Assembly (NCBI GenBank): GCA_951813565.1
Contig: OX638351.1
Coordinates: 4,416,001 to 4,480,000 of the forward strand
DNA from: an uncultured Poribacteria bacterium
GTDB taxonomy: Bacteria > Poribacteria > WGA-4E > WGA-3G
DNA length: 64,000 nucleotides
Direction: 5' to 3'
Part shown: in pieces, positions 59,915 through 64,000 of the stretch
How positions within the stretch are numbered: the stretch's first letter is position 1
How the letters are laid out: every line of letters begins with the position of its first letter
Notes under the pieces: model-generated
The model's input: only the letters and a program-made list of their open reading frames with translations
The model's database searches: none
Told to the model about the DNA's origin: nothing
Position numbers and translations under genes: made by a program

Positions 59915-61373
59915 GGGTGTGTAAAGTTTTTGGCATGAAATTGAAATGAATGGAGTTCTTGTAGAAAATGTATATAAATGGTATCCTACCCTAATAATTA
60001 TCACACTATTATAGGAGAGGATACCAATGCCAAGTATATCATTAAGTCCTTGTGAAGGCAACGATTACAAAGCAGATTTTAACGAGTTTGTAAAAGAGAT
60101 CAACGATCTTTATGTAGACATCAATTCTGACGAGGGTTTATCTTTAGGTGATGTTGAAGTCCGTGTTTCCGAAGCATTTTGTTCTTTTAAACAAAAGTTT
60201 TTAGAAATGTGTGTTTCTAAAAAGTCAAATAAGAAAGAGCGTGAACCAGTTGAATGTCCAGCGTGTCAAGAACTTTGTCGTCCATTGCGTATGCGTGCGC
60301 GTTATTTCACAACACTTTGTGGAAAAACAAGCGTAAATCGTTGGGTGTATTGTTGTGAACAAGGACATCGTCACGCGCCGTGGGAGGTCAAACAGAAGTT
60401 ATTGGGTCAATACACGCGTCGTGTTGCTGAAGCGATGTGTCGTCTGTCTGCCCTTCTTGACTATAGAGAAGCGGCATCGGAGTTGTCGCATCAAGGTATA
60501 GAAGTCAGCCACACGACGCTCCAACACAAAGTGAGTGAATGGTCAGAAGATTTGAGCGTCTGTGAACAAGTGGCACCTCAAAAACTCGCAGAAAATCAGC
60601 GTTGGTATGTAAGTTGTGATGGATGCTACACCAACTCTACTGATGGATGGCAAGAGACAAAAGTCGGTTGTGTTTACAGAGATTATCCACAATGTGGTTC
60701 TGATGCGGTGTCAAGTGCGAGAGAGACAAGTATCCGTTATGTTGCAACGCGTAATGATGCAGCACATTTTGGTAAGGAGTTATATGCGTTAGCAACCAAT
60801 AGTGGCATCTACCAAGAAGCGATAGATACGCAAGAGATTGTGTTTCTTGGTGATGGTGCAGCGTGGATATGGAACTTAGCAGATGAATACTTCCCCAATG
60901 CTGTAGAGATTGTGGATTACAAGCACGCGAAATCTCATCTGTCCGATGTTGCTAAAGTTGCTTTCGGAGAGACTGAAACAGAGGCGATACAAGACTGGGT
61001 AAAAAGGACAGAACCTATCCTTTATGATGGCAACATTACAGAAGTAGCCGCACGCATTCGTGGCTTAGACACACAGCACCCGGAAGTATCGGATATTTTA
61101 GAAAGAGAAGCGCGGTATTTCGAAAAACACGCGAAGCGAATGCAGTATAAAAAGTTTAGAGAAAAAAGGTATCAGATTGGCAGTGGTGTGATTGAAAGTG
61201 CGTGTAAACATGTTGTCGGACAAAGATGCAAACAAGCTGCTATGAGATGGGAGAAACCGGGTATCAATGCTGTGCTGAAGTGGAGGTGTTTGTTGAAAAA
61301 TGAAGCATGGAATAATTATTGGTATACAAACACAAAAGCAGCGTGATATTCATGCCAAAAACTTTACACACCC
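59915..61373 (+). mobile_element. ISKra4/ISLre2-like (Mutator-type) insertion sequence
   Basis: Perfect 25-bp IR GGGTGTGTAAAGTTTTTGGCATGAA at 59915-59939 and 61349-61373. Confidence 0.92.
60027..61346 (+). CDS. ISKra4-family DDE transposase
   Basis: YVSCDG, FLGDGAAWIW, VDYKHAKSHL, IGSGVIESACKHVVGQRCKQAAMRW. Confidence 0.9.
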   Translation: MPSISLSPCEGNDYKADFNEFVKEINDLYVDINSDEGLSLGDVEVRVSEAFCSFKQKFLEMCVSKKSNKKEREPVECPACQELCRPLRMRARYFTTLCGKTSVNRWVYCCEQGHRHAPWEVKQKLLGQYTRRVAEAMCRLSALLDYREAASELSHQGIEVSHTTLQHKVSEWSEDLSVCEQVAPQKLAENQRWYVSCDGCYTNSTDGWQETKVGCVYRDYPQCGSDAVSSARETSIRYVATRNDAAHFGKELYALATNSGIYQEAIDTQEIVFLGDGAAWIWNLADEYFPNAVEIVDYKHAKSHLSDVAKVAFGETETEAIQDWVKRTEPILYDGNITEVAARIRGLDTQHPEVSDILEREARYFEKHAKRMQYKKFREKRYQIGSGVIESACKHVVGQRCKQAAMRWEKPGINAVLKWRCLLKNEAWNNYWYTNTKAA

Positions 61374-61499
61374 GCGAAATAGTTTCCTCTTTGACTTAAG
61401 AACGTTTATCTGATATATTATGATATAAACTTGACTATTTGTCAAGAATCAATTTTCACTGTCAACCCACGCATTCAATTTTCATAACGAGGCTACATA

Positions 61500-64000
61500 A
61501 TGGCAACAAAAAAACGCACCACCCAAAAAAAAGAGGTCCAAGACTACCGACACGACAACGCGAAACGAAAGAACAACCCACCCGCAGGCATCGCAGCACA
61601 AGGAAAAATACACGATCCACCGAAGCAGGAATACGCATACAACCCGCACCTCCCGCCAAACCTCCGATTTGATCCAAACGGTGATGCCGATAAACTCCCC
61701 GAACTACTCCAAAAAGTACAGCGCGAAGTCCTCTCTGCCGAAGAAGCGAAAACAATTGCAGACGCGCTCAGACACCATGAACCGTGGCTGGAATGGGCAG
61801 GTAAACAGGAGAAAAAATCCTTTGCAGTTGACCCAGTTGCGTTGCATATACACGAACGCGTGAGTGCAAAAGCGATTTTGAAGGTGGCAGCACGCGAAAA
61901 CGTCCAACGCAGCCTCTTTGCGGACCCGCAGCAAGATTATGCTGAAGCAGTCGATTTTTACCAGCACGACGTAGATTGGGCAAACCGACTTATCTTGGGC
62001 GATAGTCTGACCGTGATGAGTTCCCTTGCGCACCGAGAAGACCTTGCTGGCAAGGTACAGATGATTTACATTGATCCGCCCTACGGTATTAAGTTTGCTT
62101 CTAACTTTCAACCCACCGTCTTTCAGCGCGATGTGAAGGATAGAGACCAAGATTTAACACGTGAACGTGAGCAGATTAAAGCATACCGTGACACTTGGAC
62201 GCTCGGTATCCATACCTACCTTGCCTACCTACGCGACCGACTGGTTGTGGCAAAAGACTTGTTGACAGATAGTGGAAGTATCTTTGTGCAGATTAGTGAT
62301 GAAAATGTGCATCGTGTGCGAACTGTAATGGACGAGGTGTTTGGATCAGAAAATTGTGTGGCTAATATTGTTCTAAGAACTCGAAGTACATCTACAAGTA
62401 AATATCTATCGACTTTGAATGATTTTATTCTATGGTATGCAAGAAATACAAAACTATTGAAATTTCATCGTCTGTTTTTGGACAAAAAAACTGAAGGAAG
62501 GTTCACTAAAGCTGAATTACCAACAGGTGAAGTTGTTTCTGAATCTTCAGAGAAAAACCTCCTTAAAAATGCAAGGTTCTTTTCAAGTGGTAGTTTATTC
62601 TCTACTTCAGGAAATGATGAAACTGCTAAACCCTTTGTATTTCGTAATAGGACATATAAACCTAAATCTAGTAGAGGTTGGCGGTGCAGTATTGAAGGTT
62701 TAGAGAAACTAGTAAAAGCAGAGAGGATAATTCCTCATAATACTAACCTCGGTTATAAGTACTACTTTTCTGATTATCCTTTCATTGAAATCACAAATTT
62801 TTGGAGTGAACAACTATCTGAAATAAGTAAGGTTTATGTAGTACAAACTAACAAAACTGCTATTCAACGTTGTATGTTGATGAGCACAGATCCAGGTGAT
62901 CTTGTCCTCGACCCAACATGTGGTAGTGGCACAACCGCCAATGTTGCTGAGCAGTGGGGTAGACGGTGGATTACGATTGATACGAGTCGTGTGGCTATTG
63001 CCTTAGCAAGGCAGCGTCTATTGACAAGTACCTTCGAATATTACAAATTCAAGGATGAATCTAAAGGTATCACTGGCGGTTTTCAAAATAAAACAGTGCC
63101 CCACATTACCCTTAAAAGTATTGCCAATAACACTGCACTTGACCCCATCTTTGAAAAGCATGAACCGATTCTCAAAGAAAAGCTGGAAACACTAAACAAC
63201 ACTTTAGCAGAAGTTACACAAGAAATTCGCACCAAACTCCTTGCCAAACTGACAGAGAAGGAAACACGCGAAAGAAAAAGATCTGTCACGGATGCAGATA
63301 GACGACGTTGGCAGCTTCCCGAAACAGCATGGCAGGAGTGGGAAGTGCCTTTTGATACCGACCCCGATTGGCCTGAAACCTTACAAGATGCGTTAACAGA
63401 TTATCGCAAGGCATGGCGTGCAAAGATGGACGAGGTAAATGAATGCATCGCTGCATCCTCCGAAGGTGAGGAGTTAGTCGATCAACCTGAGGTGGACAGA
63501 AAGCGGGTCCGGGTAAGCGGTCCTTTCACAGTGGAGGCGGTGCAACCTGCCGAAGAGTCGCTTGATGCCGATTCACCTATTGGCGGTGAACCTGAAGAAG
63601 CAACTGACACTTTTGAAGATGGAGAAGAAGGACACGAGGCAGTAAATGCCGAGGCGTACCTTGATAAAATAATCCGCCTGCTTAAGAATGATGGTGTGAA
63701 GTTTCCAGATAACAAAACGATGAAATTCGCCACGCTTGATCCGCTTGAGGGCGATGTCCTCCACGCCGAAGGAAGTTGGGAAGATGATGACACGGAGCGC
63801 CGCGTTGCAGTAGCATTTGGTCCACAACACGGTCCGGTGACGGCAATACAAGTTGAACAGTGTTTACGTGCAGCATATCGGTATGGATATGATGATCTCG
63901 TTTTTGCAGGATTCAGTTTTGATGGTGCAGCACAAACCACTATCTCAAAAGACCCAAATCCAGATGTCCGCATCCACATGGCACACATCAACCCCGACGT
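61500..64000 (+). CDS. Large type III-like Mod N6-adenine DNA methyltransferase (3' end runs off the window)
   Basis: Absent from the ORF track. ATG 61500 gives MATKKRTTQKK..., then NRLILGDSL, MIYIDPPYGIKF (62061) and DLVLDPTCGSGTT (62898) in the same frame. Confidence 0.9.
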   Translation, partial: MATKKRTTQKKEVQDYRHDNAKRKNNPPAGIAAQGKIHDPPKQEYAYNPHLPPNLRFDPNGDADKLPELLQKVQREVLSAEEAKTIADALRHHEPWLEWAGKQEKKSFAVDPVALHIHERVSAKAILKVAARENVQRSLFADPQQDYAEAVDFYQHDVDWANRLILGDSLTVMSSLAHREDLAGKVQMIYIDPPYGIKFASNFQPTVFQRDVKDRDQDLTREREQIKAYRDTWTLGIHTYLAYLRDRLVVAKDLLTDSGSIFVQISDENVHRVRTVMDEVFGSENCVANIVLRTRSTSTSKYLSTLNDFILWYARNTKLLKFHRLFLDKKTEGRFTKAELPTGEVVSESSEKNLLKNARFFSSGSLFSTSGNDETAKPFVFRNRTYKPKSSRGWRCSIEGLEKLVKAERIIPHNTNLGYKYYFSDYPFIEITNFWSEQLSEISKVYVVQTNKTAIQRCMLMSTDPGDLVLDPTCGSGTTANVAEQWGRRWITIDTSRVAIALARQRLLTSTFEYYKFKDESKGITGGFQNKTVPHITLKSIANNTALDPIFEKHEPILKEKLETLNNTLAEVTQEIRTKLLAKLTEKETRERKRSVTDADRRRWQLPETAWQEWEVPFDTDPDWPETLQDALTDYRKAWRAKMDEVNECIAASSEGEELVDQPEVDRKRVRVSGPFTVEAVQPAEESLDADSPIGGEPEEATDTFEDGEEGHEAVNAEAYLDKIIRLLKNDGVKFPDNKTMKFATLDPLEGDVLHAEGSWEDDDTERRVAVAFGPQHGPVTAIQVEQCLRAAYRYGYDDLVFAGFSFDGAAQTTISKDPNPDVRIHMAHINPD

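Noticed and set aside
59344..59949. ORFs within the repeat mosaics (also 11424-12099, 39687-39920, 4918-5559)
   Set aside because: Translations of palindromic repeats without RBS or domain signal.
61439..63991. Short track ORFs on both strands in this interval, and similar ones within 983-2982
   Set aside because: Shadows of long genes (mod, AddB-like) that the track missed because they run off the window.

Overview
Bacterial chromosome segment of roughly 40% GC, estimated by eye. The gene mix (PhyH dioxygenases, sulfatase, FGE-domain lipoprotein, Gfo/Idh/MocA, an ElbD-like lipid enzyme, dense palindromic repeats) suggests a sponge symbiont such as Candidatus Poribacteria; this is inference only. 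Housekeeping and metabolic genes include an AddB-like nuclease, metG, an Ogg-like glycosylase, thiO, an M16 peptidase pair and tRNA-Leu(GAG). A defence island at about 14.9-25.4 kb carries a C5-methyltransferase, a MORC-type GHKL ATPase/histidine-kinase fusion, a receiver protein and a type III RM system whose mod gene is split by an IS630. A second type III-like mod starts at 61.5 kb. There are three IS elements (IS630, IS3, ISKra4-like). Features missed by the ORF track: (1) three predicted selenoproteins, each with an in-frame UGA in a U-x-x-C motif followed by a SECIS-like hairpin (two tandem HMA-domain lipoproteins and one peroxiredoxin-like lipoprotein); (2) a nested set of non-autonomous elements, namely about 35-bp AATCAAC-hairpin units inserted precisely into other hairpins, a CATAG-ended MITE that duplicates its whole target hairpin (19 vs 51 bp), and MITEs sharing ends with the adjacent ISKra4-like IS; (3) an ElbD-like enzyme whose adenylation domain has lost several canonical catalytic residues.
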